The notes under the pieces: generated by a model
Told to the model about the DNA's origin: nothing
What the model saw: only the letters and a program-made list of their open reading frames with translations
Databases searched by the model: none
Shown: piece by piece, positions 37,558 to 46,375 of the stretch
Layout: each line of letters opens with the position of its first letter
Position numbering within the stretch: the first letter of the stretch is position 1
DNA from: Acidobacteriota bacterium
GTDB taxonomy: Bacteria; Acidobacteriota; UBA6911; RPQK01; JAJDTT01
Direction: 5' to 3'
Length of the DNA stretch: 64,000 nucleotides
NCBI GenBank assembly: GCA_965209055.1
Contig: OZ242374.1
Coordinates: forward strand, 2,016,001 to 2,080,000
Made by a program: the position numbers and the translations under genes

Positions 37558-38541
37558 TCAGGGAATGTCAGGACCCAGGAGTTGAACCACCCCGGCTCGA
37601 TGTTCCAGAAGACCCGTCTTGGGCTCGATCTCTCCCCGCTTCCAGCCTTCGAAGGCGGTCACCGGAAGAGTCCACGAAATGTTCTTCGAGAAATCCGTGA
37701 TGAAAAGCTGAACACGGTTCTCGCCGGGCTTCTGGTAATGCCAGTCGGAGTTCACGACCAGCAATCGGCCGTCGGACAACTCCACGGTCCCGACTGCGAT
37801 CAACAGCGGGAAATGGGGGGCCGCATCCTCCGGCGTAAAGCTCCACGTCTTCTTTCCGTTGGCATCAAACCGGATCAGACCGAACCGGCCGCTGCAGAGG
37901 GTGGTGCCGTCGCTGAGTGTCTGGGCAAGCGCAGGCAGGCTCGGAACACGCAGGGAACGGAGGACCTTGCCGGCGGAATCCACTTCCACGAACCTCTCCT
38001 CGGCCCGCAGTGCAACCAGGTAGTTTCCGTCCGGAGTTCGACGCAACAGGTTGTAGCGGGTATGGAGCGTCCCTTCGGCGGGAACGGGAATCCGGTGCAG
38101 TACGTGTCCGGTCCCCGACTCCAATTCGAGAATGGCCTGCTCCTGGCTGTTGAGCACCGCCACGCGGCCGTTGGGTAGGGGGACGCAAGTCTTGACTTTG
38201 TTCTTTCCCGTGACACGGTACTCCCACACGGTTCGCTTCTGGCGATCTATTTCCCGAACATAGCGATGCGTCCCAAAGAGGATGTTTCCGTTGGTGAGAG
38301 CCCAGCCGTCGTAGATGAGGTGGTCGAACTCGCCCGGAGATTGTCCGTTGAGCGGAGGGACCGTGAATGACCAGGAACAACGGCCGTCGGATTCGACGAT
38401 GTAGAGCCCTTCCGACGCGACCAGAAGGAAGCGCCCGATGCCTTCCTGATCAGGCTTCCCGAGCCCGGCCCCCTCGCACCAGGCCGTCCCGATGCCGAAA
38501 ACAACCAGGGCGGAAACCAGCAGAACCACGATGTGTCTCAT
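37558..38541 (-). CDS. Secreted beta-propeller protein (PQQ/arylsulfotransferase-like repeats)
   Basis: Signal peptide; repeated L.NG..L / E.D..G...W units. Confidence 0.7.
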   Translation of the reverse strand: MRHIVVLLVSALVVFGIGTAWCEGAGLGKPDQEGIGRFLLVASEGLYIVESDGRCSWSFTVPPLNGQSPGEFDHLIYDGWALTNGNILFGTHRYVREIDRQKRTVWEYRVTGKNKVKTCVPLPNGRVAVLNSQEQAILELESGTGHVLHRIPVPAEGTLHTRYNLLRRTPDGNYLVALRAEERFVEVDSAGKVLRSLRVPSLPALAQTLSDGTTLCSGRFGLIRFDANGKKTWSFTPEDAAPHFPLLIAVGTVELSDGRLLVVNSDWHYQKPGENRVQLFITDFSKNISWTLPVTAFEGWKRGEIEPKTGLLEHRAGVVQLLGPDIP

Positions 38542-38637
38542 ACCTGAAGTTGATGAGTACCCCTACACGCTACAAGATCGCGAGTCAAATGAAACGGAGT
38601 CTCGCTGCTGCTCAGCATAAGTCGTGGCACGTCGACA

Positions 38638-39036
38638 TCAGCGTTTTCCCAGACGCCGTGAACGTAACGGTGAAATTCGGGCGATCTGGTCGAAGTCGCG
38701 ATCGTGGTGCAACAGCGTCAAGTCGTTCCTGATCGCGCAGACCGCGATCAAGCAGTCGACACTTGAACGCACCGTGATGCCGATACGCCGAGCCAGGCGG
38801 TAGAGGTCGACCGCCTCGTCGAACACTGCCGTCTCCAACGGCGCCTCGACGAGCGGAAACGCGTGCATTGCCTCTCGTGCAATCCGGAATGCGCTCTCGT
38901 CGCGGAAGCCTTGGAGCACCTCCTGCATGATCGGAAGACAGGTGACGACTTCGTCCAGGTGGACGACCGATTCGATGTGGACTCGGGCGGGGCGTGCAAA
39001 CACCTCGATCCAGACCGAGGTGTCAACGAGGTACAC
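38638..39036 (-). CDS. vapC: VapC PIN-domain toxin
   Basis: LVDTSVWI, QEVLQG, DCLIA..A and HHDRDF motifs. Confidence 0.92.
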   Translation of the reverse strand: MYLVDTSVWIEVFARPARVHIESVVHLDEVVTCLPIMQEVLQGFRDESAFRIAREAMHAFPLVEAPLETAVFDEAVDLYRLARRIGITVRSSVDCLIAVCAIRNDLTLLHHDRDFDQIARISPLRSRRLGKR

Positions 39037-39268
39037 GGCTGGTCCCGTGCTCAGGCTCGGGTTGGCTGCGCAGTCGGTCGTTGCGCATCTCGGCCAAGTC
39101 CCCCTCCCAAAGGCCCGAACCGGCCAGTTGCAAAATGCGACCTGCCTTTGCCCTTCGAACGAATTCCGTCATCGCTCGTGTCACTGCTTTCGAGTAAGTT
39201 CGCTCGCCGCTGAGCCGTAGGGTTTCTTCCAGAATTCGCTCATCAAGCACAAGATTTGTGCGCTTCAT
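39023..39268 (-). CDS. vapB: VapB antitoxin
   Basis: MKRTNLVLDE..L......G..T.S.AV..A and W.GDL..MR motifs; overlaps vapC. Confidence 0.85.
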   Translation of the reverse strand: MKRTNLVLDERILEETLRLSGERTYSKAVTRAMTEFVRRAKAGRILQLAGSGLWEGDLAEMRNDRLRSQPEPEHGTSRVPR

Positions 39269-39316
39269 GTGTATAAGGTGAATCCGCGACGCGGTAGTTG
39301 TCAAGCGGTCAAGCGT

Positions 39317-39337
39317 GAAAATGACTGTCCCTTTCTT
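39317..39337 (-). repeat. Palindromic site, reverse orientation
   Basis: The minus strand reads AAGAAAGGGACAGTCATTTTC. Confidence 0.7.
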
Positions 39338-39361
39338 GTGTGCGTGCGCTCGCTTAAGAAA

Positions 39362-39432
39362 GGGGGGGGCGATTTTCAATCGCCCATTCCTATATGCACT
39401 GCCGGAGTTCGGCGGTTGGTAACCGCCACTCC
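39362..39432. repeat. Inverted pair of GGAG-type REP-like hairpins
   Basis: GGGCGATTTTCAATCGCCC and CGGCGGTTGGTAACCGCCACTCC; relatives at 44212-44263, 58114-58165 and 61152-61199. Confidence 0.65.
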
Positions 39433-39559
39433 ATTCCAGAAGCGGACAGTCCTCATCTCTGAGTGTTTTCGCCAGCGACATCGTGTAGTAGGCTGTTTGA
39501 CCAACGAAAACGCTGCCTGGCAGTGGCACTTCCACTACGGTTTTCTTGGGGCATGAATT

Positions 39560-40432
39560 ATGAAAAGCAGTTTCTCAAGCGGTAGAGAGCTGACGCCTTC
39601 GGAACTGGAATTCCACGTTGGAGAGCTGGGGGAGCAGGGTTACACCATCATCCCGGACGCTGTCGACGCCGAATACCTGGCTCCAGCCATTGAGGCGGCC
39701 GAAGACGTCTACCAACGGGAGAGCGAGATCGCCCTGCGCCTGGGAACTTCCTCCGAGCACTGCTGGTCCGCCCACTGCATCGTGGGCAAGCACCCCTTCT
39801 TCGAAACCTTTTTCCTGAACCCGCCGGTTCTCTCCGTGTGCCGTGAGTACCTGGGTGAGGACATGGTCCTGTACGACACGACGGCGCGTTCCATTCGTCC
39901 CAGCGAGGGCAGGGAGCCCGGGCGCGGGTTTCAGATTCACGCCGACCGGTCTCCGTTCAGCATCGTCCCCTTCGAGGGCGGAAAGCACTACCCGATGGCC
40001 ATCAACGTCGCCTGGCCGGCTGTGGACTTCACGGCCGAGAACGGCGCTACCCTGGTCTGGCCCGGCACTCACAATTCCTGTCAGATCCCCGACCCGGATG
40101 CCGACACCCCGGGATCCCACCAAGCGGTCGTTCCCGCGGGTACCGCCATCGTTTGGGATGCGGCGCTTTGGCACGCCAGTGGCATCAACCGCAGCGACCA
40201 CGACCGGCATTCCATCCTGGCCTTTTTTCATCGCTGGTGGGTCAAGGGGATGATCGACAACGCCCGCGTCATCCCGCAGAGCGTGCAGAATCGCCTCCTC
40301 CCGGAAATGCGAAACCTGCTGGGCCTCGAGGAGACCATCCCCGAGTACACGGAAGTTCGCGCTCTTTCCCCGGAACAGCTCAAACGGCTGACCCCCTGGG
40401 AGAAGGACGTGCTGGGGATCGGGACCTACTGA
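39560..40432 (+). CDS. Phytanoyl-CoA dioxygenase (PhyH) family Fe(II)/2OG enzyme
   Basis: GY.II, QIHAD (HxD), DFT.ENGAT..WPGTH, WHASG.N and R motifs. Confidence 0.88.
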   Translation: MKSSFSSGRELTPSELEFHVGELGEQGYTIIPDAVDAEYLAPAIEAAEDVYQRESEIALRLGTSSEHCWSAHCIVGKHPFFETFFLNPPVLSVCREYLGEDMVLYDTTARSIRPSEGREPGRGFQIHADRSPFSIVPFEGGKHYPMAINVAWPAVDFTAENGATLVWPGTHNSCQIPDPDADTPGSHQAVVPAGTAIVWDAALWHASGINRSDHDRHSILAFFHRWWVKGMIDNARVIPQSVQNRLLPEMRNLLGLEETIPEYTEVRALSPEQLKRLTPWEKDVLGIGTY

Positions 40433-40512
40433 GCGGCCGCACGCCTGTTCGCCTGGTGGATTTCGTTCCGCCATCCAACATAGAATTTCGACTACAAGCG
40501 TAAGGTAGTCGC

Positions 40513-42732
40513 GTGATCCTATTCGCAGTCGCCATCAGCCTGCTCGGCGCCCCCGAGGAACCCAGTCAGGACCGTATCAACTTCTTCGAGAAGAAGATCC
40601 GTCCGGTGCTGGCGGAGCGCTGCTACCAATGTCACTCGGCGGAGGCCGCCCGCAACGGAATGCTGTTTGGGAAACTGCGGCTCGACACGCGGGAGGGTGT
40701 CGAGCAGGGCGGATCGCGCGGCCCCGCCCTCGCGCCGGGGCGGCCCGATCAGTCGATTCTGATCGAGGCCCTCAGGCACACCGATCGCAGCCTGGCAATG
40801 CCGCCCGGCGGCAAACTGCCGGACTCGGTCATCGCTGACTTCGTCAAATGGGTGACCCTCGGCGCGCCCTATCCGGGAGATGCGCAAGCCGCCGATACGG
40901 AGAAGATGGATCTCGAGTCAGGTCGGCGCCACTGGGCCTTCCACCCCCTGCGTACAGTCGATCCGCCACAGGTCTCCCCAGCCAGTCCGGATGAGGTCGC
41001 GTGGACCGACTCGCCCATCGATCGTTTCCTTCTCGCCAGGCTGCACGAGATGCAGTTTCGCCCCGCCCAGGAGGCCGATCGGCCCACCCTGATTCGCCGC
41101 GCCTATTTCGACCTGATCGGTCTGGCGCCGGCGCCCGAAGAAGTCGAGGCGTTCGTTCGAGATCCTTCTGCGGAGCCCTTTCGCGAACTCGTTGACCGGC
41201 TGCTCGCCAACCCGCACTTCGGGGAACGGTGGGGACGGCACTGGTTGGATGTGGCTCGTTTTGGCGAGAGCAAGGGAGCCAATGAGGGGGACAACGCGAT
41301 TCGAGAGGACGCGTATCGATACCGCGACGCCGTGATTCGCGCCTTCAATGACGACCTGCCTTACGATGAGTTCGTCCGCTACCAGGTTGCCGGCGCTCCG
41401 GAAGGACTCGCCGCCGCCCGGCGGGACCTGGGCATGTTCGTTCAGATGGGAACCAACCTGAGCACGACCGAAAACCCCAATGAGCGCAAATTTCACCGCC
41501 TCGACGACATGGTGTCGGCGACCGGTCAAGCATTCCTTGCCCTGACGGTCGGGTGCGCCCGTTGCCATGACCACAAGATCGACCCCATCACCGCCGAAGA
41601 GTATTACCAGTTGACGGCCGTGTTCTTCGACCAGGCCGAGGAGGAGCCGGACTCAGGCGGCAAGTTCGTCGCCCTGGAGGTGACCTCACCTCATCTTCTG
41701 GCCGGCGGCAGTTGGGGGCGCCCCGTCAAGCCGGTCGAACCGGGGTTCCTTCGGGTCTTGATGCGGAATGGCCGTAGCGCGGAGGATTGGCGGCCCCGTC
41801 CCGAGGCCGCCGATGGCTCCGAGGCCGCCAATGGCTCCGAGACGAAGATTGAATCGCCGAAGCTTCGGATGCTTGCCAACTGGCTCACCGACGCGGAGCA
41901 CGGCGCCGGCGGGTTGCTGGCCCGGGTGATCGTCAATCGTCTCTGGCAGCATCATTTCGGACGCGGCATCGTCAGCACCCCGAATGATTTCGGCAAACTC
42001 GGCACCGAGCCCACGCACCCCGAACTGCTGGATTGGCTCGCTTCCGAACTCATCCGAGAGGGCTGGCGACTGAAGCCGATCCACCGGCTGATCATGAACA
42101 GCGCCGCGTATAAGCAGGCGGCCGGCGCCAATTCGGCTCAGGCCCAAAACGATGCGTACAACGAGTACCTGTGGCACCGCAGGCCGGTGCGCATGGAGGC
42201 GGAAATCATCCGCGATCACATGTTGAGCATCTCCGGAGCTCTTCGCACCGACCTGTACGGGCCCAGCATTCCCATCGGCAACCGCAAGAAGCCTTTCAAG
42301 GACACGCCGGACACCTGGCGCCGGTCCGTTTACCTCATGGCGGCGCGCTTGAACCTCCATCCGGTGCTGAAGATCTTCGACCCGCCGGACAACATGCAGA
42401 GCATCGGCCGTCGTGACATCAGCACGACCCCGAGCAGCACGGCGTTCATGCTGAATGCGCCGTTCGTTTGGGAGCAGGCGGAGCGCTTCGCGCAACGGGT
42501 GCGGGACAGGGTCGGAGACGACCCCGGCCGGCAGATCGAGGCGGCCTACGGAATCGCTCTTTCCCGGCGACCGACCGCGGAGGAACGCGAGATCGGCCTG
42601 TCGTTTCTCGGTCAACAGCGCGACGGCGCGTTGGAGGAAAGCGGGGACACCGGATCCTCGGATGCTCCAGGCCCATTGGTGCAGTACTGCCATTCGCTCA
42701 TGAACCTGAACGAGTTCATCTATGTTCACTGA
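40513..42732 (+). CDS. PSD1 / planctomycete cytochrome c protein (DUF1549 + DUF1553)
   Basis: FFEKKIRPVL...CYQCH, HWAF, GERWGRHWLDVAR, CARCHDHK.DP, VNRLWQHHFGRGIV.TP.DFG, PTHPELLDWLA and NLNEFIY motifs. Confidence 0.92.
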   Translation: MILFAVAISLLGAPEEPSQDRINFFEKKIRPVLAERCYQCHSAEAARNGMLFGKLRLDTREGVEQGGSRGPALAPGRPDQSILIEALRHTDRSLAMPPGGKLPDSVIADFVKWVTLGAPYPGDAQAADTEKMDLESGRRHWAFHPLRTVDPPQVSPASPDEVAWTDSPIDRFLLARLHEMQFRPAQEADRPTLIRRAYFDLIGLAPAPEEVEAFVRDPSAEPFRELVDRLLANPHFGERWGRHWLDVARFGESKGANEGDNAIREDAYRYRDAVIRAFNDDLPYDEFVRYQVAGAPEGLAAARRDLGMFVQMGTNLSTTENPNERKFHRLDDMVSATGQAFLALTVGCARCHDHKIDPITAEEYYQLTAVFFDQAEEEPDSGGKFVALEVTSPHLLAGGSWGRPVKPVEPGFLRVLMRNGRSAEDWRPRPEAADGSEAANGSETKIESPKLRMLANWLTDAEHGAGGLLARVIVNRLWQHHFGRGIVSTPNDFGKLGTEPTHPELLDWLASELIREGWRLKPIHRLIMNSAAYKQAAGANSAQAQNDAYNEYLWHRRPVRMEAEIIRDHMLSISGALRTDLYGPSIPIGNRKKPFKDTPDTWRRSVYLMAARLNLHPVLKIFDPPDNMQSIGRRDISTTPSSTAFMLNAPFVWEQAERFAQRVRDRVGDDPGRQIEAAYGIALSRRPTAEEREIGLSFLGQQRDGALEESGDTGSSDAPGPLVQYCHSLMNLNEFIYVH

Positions 42733-44203
42733 CGCAGCCTGCGGAGTTCGGCCGCCTGGCCGGGACCGCCGCGGGTTCCTCAAGGAACTCGGCCTGGGCA
42801 GCATCGCGCTGGCCAGCCTGGTCGCGGATCAGAAGGCGAGCGGCGCGCCGGCCCTGCCGGCGGTTGATCTCAGCGATCCGCTTGCCCCCCGGCAGCCGCA
42901 CATCACTCCCAAGGCAAGGAACGTCATCTTCCTCTTCATGGTCGGCGGCGTGAGCCAGATTGAGACGTTCGATCACAAGCCGCTGCTGAAAAAGTACGCC
43001 GGAAAAGAGGCGCGAGAAATCTTTCCCAAGGAAGACCTGGACGGCCTGAATCCGTCGAAGACGTTCTACGACACACGCATCGTTCCTCCGGTGTTCTCGT
43101 TCAAGCGCTACGGCCAGAGCGGCGCATGGGTCAGCGAGATCTTCCCGCACCTGACGAAGGTGGTCGACGACATCACATTCATCAAATCGATGCATGCCGA
43201 TACCCCGATTCACGGGCCCGGCCAGATTCTCATGCACACGGGTTATTCCAGGCAGGGCCATCCCAGTCTCGGTTCCTGGGTGACCTACGGGCTGGGGACG
43301 GAAAACCGGAACATGCCGGGCTTCGTGGTGATGACGGACGGACGTTCCGACGGCGGGCGCGCACTTTACGATTCCGGGTTCCTCCCCGGTTACCACCAGG
43401 CCACGCTGGCGGACGTCACGCCCGGTAATCCGCCAGTACCGCACATCGAGGCGCCGGCGTTTCTGAACCCGGGGCAGCATCGCCAACAGTTGGGTCTGTT
43501 GCGGAAGTTGAATCGCCTCCACCTAGGGATGCATCCGACGCAGCCCGAGCTCGACGCGCGCATTGCTGCGTTCGAGACGGCATTTCGCATGCAGATGGAA
43601 GCGCCGGGGCTCTTCGATATCCGTAACGAGCCGGCGTCCGTGAAGGCGCTCTACGGCGACACCGACTTCGGGAGAAAGTGCCTGATGGCGAGACGGATGG
43701 TGGAGAGCGGCGTCCGCTTCGTGGAGATTCTCGACGGCGCCCACGGGCGGAAATGGGACGCCCACGGCAACCGCGGCGGGCTCATCAAGAACCACCGCAC
43801 CAACGCCGCGAGAACCGATCAGGGCATCACGGCCCTCATCATCGACCTGAAGTCACGCGGCCTGCTGGACGAGACCCTCGTCGTCTGGGCCACCGAGTTC
43901 GGCCGCACGCCGTTCGAGGAGGCGGACAGGTCGCTGACGAAGACCACCATCGGCCGCAGCCATCACCATTACGGCTTCACCATGTGGATGGCGGGCGGAG
44001 GCGTCAAACGGGGGATCACCTACGGCGCCACCGACGAACTGGGCATGCACGCCGTCAAGAACCGAGTCTCGCATCACGATTTTCACGCCACCATCCTCCA
44101 CCTCCTGGGTCTGGACCACGAACGGCTCACCTACCGCCACAACAGCCGCGATTTCCGCCTCACCGACGTCTACGGCAACGTCGTCCACGACATCATCGCC
44201 TGA
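42722..44203 (+). CDS. DUF1501 family protein, copy 1 (Tat signal)
   Basis: RRGFLK, FM.GG.SQ.ETFD.KP, GSWVTYGLG.EN, ARRMVE.GVRFV, WD.H and EFGRTP motifs. Confidence 0.92.
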   Translation: MFTDAACGVRPPGRDRRGFLKELGLGSIALASLVADQKASGAPALPAVDLSDPLAPRQPHITPKARNVIFLFMVGGVSQIETFDHKPLLKKYAGKEAREIFPKEDLDGLNPSKTFYDTRIVPPVFSFKRYGQSGAWVSEIFPHLTKVVDDITFIKSMHADTPIHGPGQILMHTGYSRQGHPSLGSWVTYGLGTENRNMPGFVVMTDGRSDGGRALYDSGFLPGYHQATLADVTPGNPPVPHIEAPAFLNPGQHRQQLGLLRKLNRLHLGMHPTQPELDARIAAFETAFRMQMEAPGLFDIRNEPASVKALYGDTDFGRKCLMARRMVESGVRFVEILDGAHGRKWDAHGNRGGLIKNHRTNAARTDQGITALIIDLKSRGLLDETLVVWATEFGRTPFEEADRSLTKTTIGRSHHHYGFTMWMAGGGVKRGITYGATDELGMHAVKNRVSHHDFHATILHLLGLDHERLTYRHNSRDFRLTDVYGNVVHDIIA

Positions 44204-44211
44204 TCAGCCGA

Positions 44212-44310
44212 GGAGGGGCGACTTTCCAATCGCCCTCTGGGAGCGGCGACCTTCTTGTCGCCGACTTCCGTGCGCTGTCAGCCATACAAGAAGGGAACAC
44301 TCACCTCCTC
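44212..44310 (+). repeat. Two GGAG-type REP-like hairpins followed by a degenerate palindromic site
   Basis: GGAGGGGCGACTTTCCAATCGCCC, GGGAGCGGCGACCTTCTTGTCGCCG, then AAGAAGGGAACACTCACCTCCTC (44288-44310). Confidence 0.6.
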
Positions 44311-44404
44311 TCTCTCGTAGGGTCCCTCAATTGTGCTAAAGCAATCAGATTGAACCAAAATAAAGCGATATGCTATATATATTGAGGTCGCGAGCAGGGC
44401 GAAT

Positions 44405-44665
44405 ATGTACCGGTTGACGATACGGAAGCACGCCTTCAAAACCCTGCGAAGAATGCGATCTCGGGATGCTCACCGCGTGCGGGTCGAATTGGACAAGCTA
44501 GTCCCCAATCCCAGTGCCCGGGACGTGGACGTCACACCGTTGCGGGGCCGTCCTGGCTTTCGGCTGCGGGTGGGCCCGTGGCGGATCATTTTTGAGCAGA
44601 ACGAAGAGGCCCGAGTCATAGACATCCTGCGCATCGGCCCACGGGGCGATATTTGCAAAAACTAG
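44405..44665 (+). CDS. relE: RelE/ParE-family toxin
   Basis: MY.L.....A.K.L, L.G..GFRLRVG.WRII and I.PRGD motifs. Confidence 0.88.
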   Translation: MYRLTIRKHAFKTLRRMRSRDAHRVRVELDKLVPNPSARDVDVTPLRGRPGFRLRVGPWRIIFEQNEEARVIDILRIGPRGDICKN

Positions 44666-44674
44666 GAGGGGGCC

Positions 44675-45046
44675 ATGACCAAACCACAAGTTATCCTCGA
44701 CGATGGCGGGAACCCGGCATTCGCCGTGATCCCGTGGCGGGAGTACACTCGCTTGGCGATGTTGGATGTCGCCGCGGGGCTAACCGACGAAGAGCTTTAC
44801 GATCACGCCAAGTCTGTGGGGGGAGAGTCTTTTCCAATCGAGTTGGTGGATCGCCTTCTGGCGGGAGAGAACGCTGTCAGGGTATACCGGGACCATCGCG
44901 GCATGACTCAGAAGCAGCTCGCCGGTGCCGCTGGTATCAACCCCCTCTATCTGTCACAAATAGAGAGGGGCGTCCGCACCGGCTCGGCTCGAACCTTGGC
45001 CGCGCTCGCCGAGGCGCTCGGCGTCGACGTGGACGACCTGATCTGA
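44675..45046 (+). CDS. XRE-HTH antitoxin (toxin-first, HigA-like)
   Basis: G.P.FAVIP..EY; YR..RGMTQ.QLA..AGI...YLSQIE.G. Confidence 0.88.
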   Translation: MTKPQVILDDGGNPAFAVIPWREYTRLAMLDVAAGLTDEELYDHAKSVGGESFPIELVDRLLAGENAVRVYRDHRGMTQKQLAGAAGINPLYLSQIERGVRTGSARTLAALAEALGVDVDDLI

Positions 45047-45066
45047 TTCACATGGAGATTTATCAG

Positions 45067-45176
45067 GAGAAGGGGACAGCCACCCCCTCTCTGCGAGCCG
45101 TATACACCACTGCCCCACCTTCTCGAGCCTGCGCGGCATCATGCAAGCGGCGGCTTTAGGGAACGGTCACGTTCTC
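45067..45176 (+). repeat. Two palindromic sites
   Basis: GAGAAGGGGACAGCCACCCCCTCTC (45067-45091) and AGGGAACGGTCACGTTCTC (45158-45176). Confidence 0.7.
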
Positions 45177-45481
45177 GTTCTGAGCTCGGCCGAACGGCAA
45201 TGGAGGAGGCGCGTACGGAGGAATCCCTCGGCCGCGGCCATCACCACTATGGCTTCACCATGTGGATGGCGGGCGGCGGCGTCAAGGCAGGGATCACCTA
45301 CGGTGCCACCGACGAACTCGGCATGCACGCCATCAAAAACCGAGTCTCGCATCACGATTTTCACGTCACCATCCTCCGCCTCCTGAGCCTGGACCACGAA
45401 CGGCTCACCTACCGCCACAACAGCCGCGACTTCCGCCTGACCGATGTCTACGGCAACGTCGTCCACGACATCATTGCGTGA
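45173..45481 (+). pseudogene. 3' fragment of a DUF1501 gene (mosaic of copies 1 and 2)
   Basis: [16 protein letters not shown] matches copy 2; the rest ([26 protein letters not shown] and the downstream flank) matches copy 1. Confidence 0.85.
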
Positions 45482-45525
45482 TCGACCGAGGAGGGGCGAT
45501 TGCTAAAGTCTACACATCCTGGCCT

Positions 45526-45542
45526 TGATTGCAATGCAATCA
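45526..45542. promoter_or_regulatory. Putative FitA-type operator palindrome
   Basis: TGATTGC-AAT-GCAATCA upstream of the RHH antitoxin. Confidence 0.5.
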
Positions 45543-45586
45543 CGGTGTAGCTTAAAGGCGGGAACGGAAGCAGTGGAGGCGTAGCG

Positions 45587-45832
45587 ATGGCGAGCATTAC
45601 GATCCGCAAACTTGATGACGAGGTTAAAACACGGCTGCGCATCAGGGCGGCCGAGAACGGGCGTTCAATGGAGGAAGAAGCACGGATCATTCTGCGTGAG
45701 GCGGTTGATTTGGAGGCAGCCCCGAAGAAGGGGCTGGGCGCGGCGATCCACGAACTGTTCAGGCCCTTTGGCGGTGTGGAACTGGATATACCGCCGCGCG
45801 AACCGATGCGTGAGCCACCTGGATTCCATTGA
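45587..45832 (+). CDS. fitA: FitA-like ribbon-helix-helix antitoxin
   Basis: MASITIR.LDD.VK..LR.RAA.NGRSME.EAR.IL motif. Confidence 0.9.
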   Translation: MASITIRKLDDEVKTRLRIRAAENGRSMEEEARIILREAVDLEAAPKKGLGAAIHELFRPFGGVELDIPPREPMREPPGFH

Positions 45833-45843
45833 GAGGGCGGCTG

Positions 45844-46266
45844 ATGATTGTTCTGGACACCGATGTCGTCTCGGAGTTGATGCGTGACAATCCGTGGCCC
45901 GCTGTTTTCGCTTGGGTGAACGACCAGTTGGTGCGCAATCTGTTCGTGACGGCGGTGACCGAAGCGGAGATCCGCGCTGGCATCGCTTTTCTGCCCGAAG
46001 GCAAGCGGCGCCGGGGTCTCGCCAATGCGGCCGAACGCGCCTTTAGCGAGTTGTTTTCTGGTCGCGTGCTGCCTTTCGACGGCGTGGCGGCTCGCTCCTA
46101 TGCGGAGATCGCTGCGCAGCGGCGCAAGGCGGGCCGACCGATTGCACAGGCCGATTGCCAAATCGCTGCCATCGCCCATTCTCGGGGCGCGGAGGTGGCG
46201 ACAAGAAATGTTCGGGATTTCATGGGGACAGGGATCGATATCATCGACCCCTGGGTGGGCAGATGA
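45844..46266 (+). CDS. fitB: FitB/VapC PIN-domain toxin
   Basis: MIVLDT.VVSELM, T.AEI..G, LPFD, D.QIAAIA, ATRN.RDF and DPW motifs. Confidence 0.9.
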   Translation: MIVLDTDVVSELMRDNPWPAVFAWVNDQLVRNLFVTAVTEAEIRAGIAFLPEGKRRRGLANAAERAFSELFSGRVLPFDGVAARSYAEIAAQRRKAGRPIAQADCQIAAIAHSRGAEVATRNVRDFMGTGIDIIDPWVGR

Positions 46267-46296
46267 GTTTTTCCGTGATGCAAGGGCTCACTCTTC

Positions 46297-46375
46297 GGGG
46301 GACAGTCATCTCCTCTCTCCTGTACAATACCGTCACACCTTCACGAGCCTGAGCAGGTTCATCCATGTTGACTGA
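46297..46375 (+). pseudogene. Palindromic site followed directly by the last ~18 codons of a PSD1/DUF1553 gene
   Basis: GGGGGACAGTCATCTCCTCTCTCC, then VQYRHTFTSLSRFIHVD* versus VQYCHSLMNLNEFIYVH* at the end of 40513-42732, with the same overlap onto the DUF1501 start. Confidence 0.7.

Noticed and set aside
45173-45481. Diversity-generating retroelement template/variable repeat pair with the DUF1501 3' ends
   Set aside because: The differences are not adenine-specific and no reverse transcriptase is in the window.
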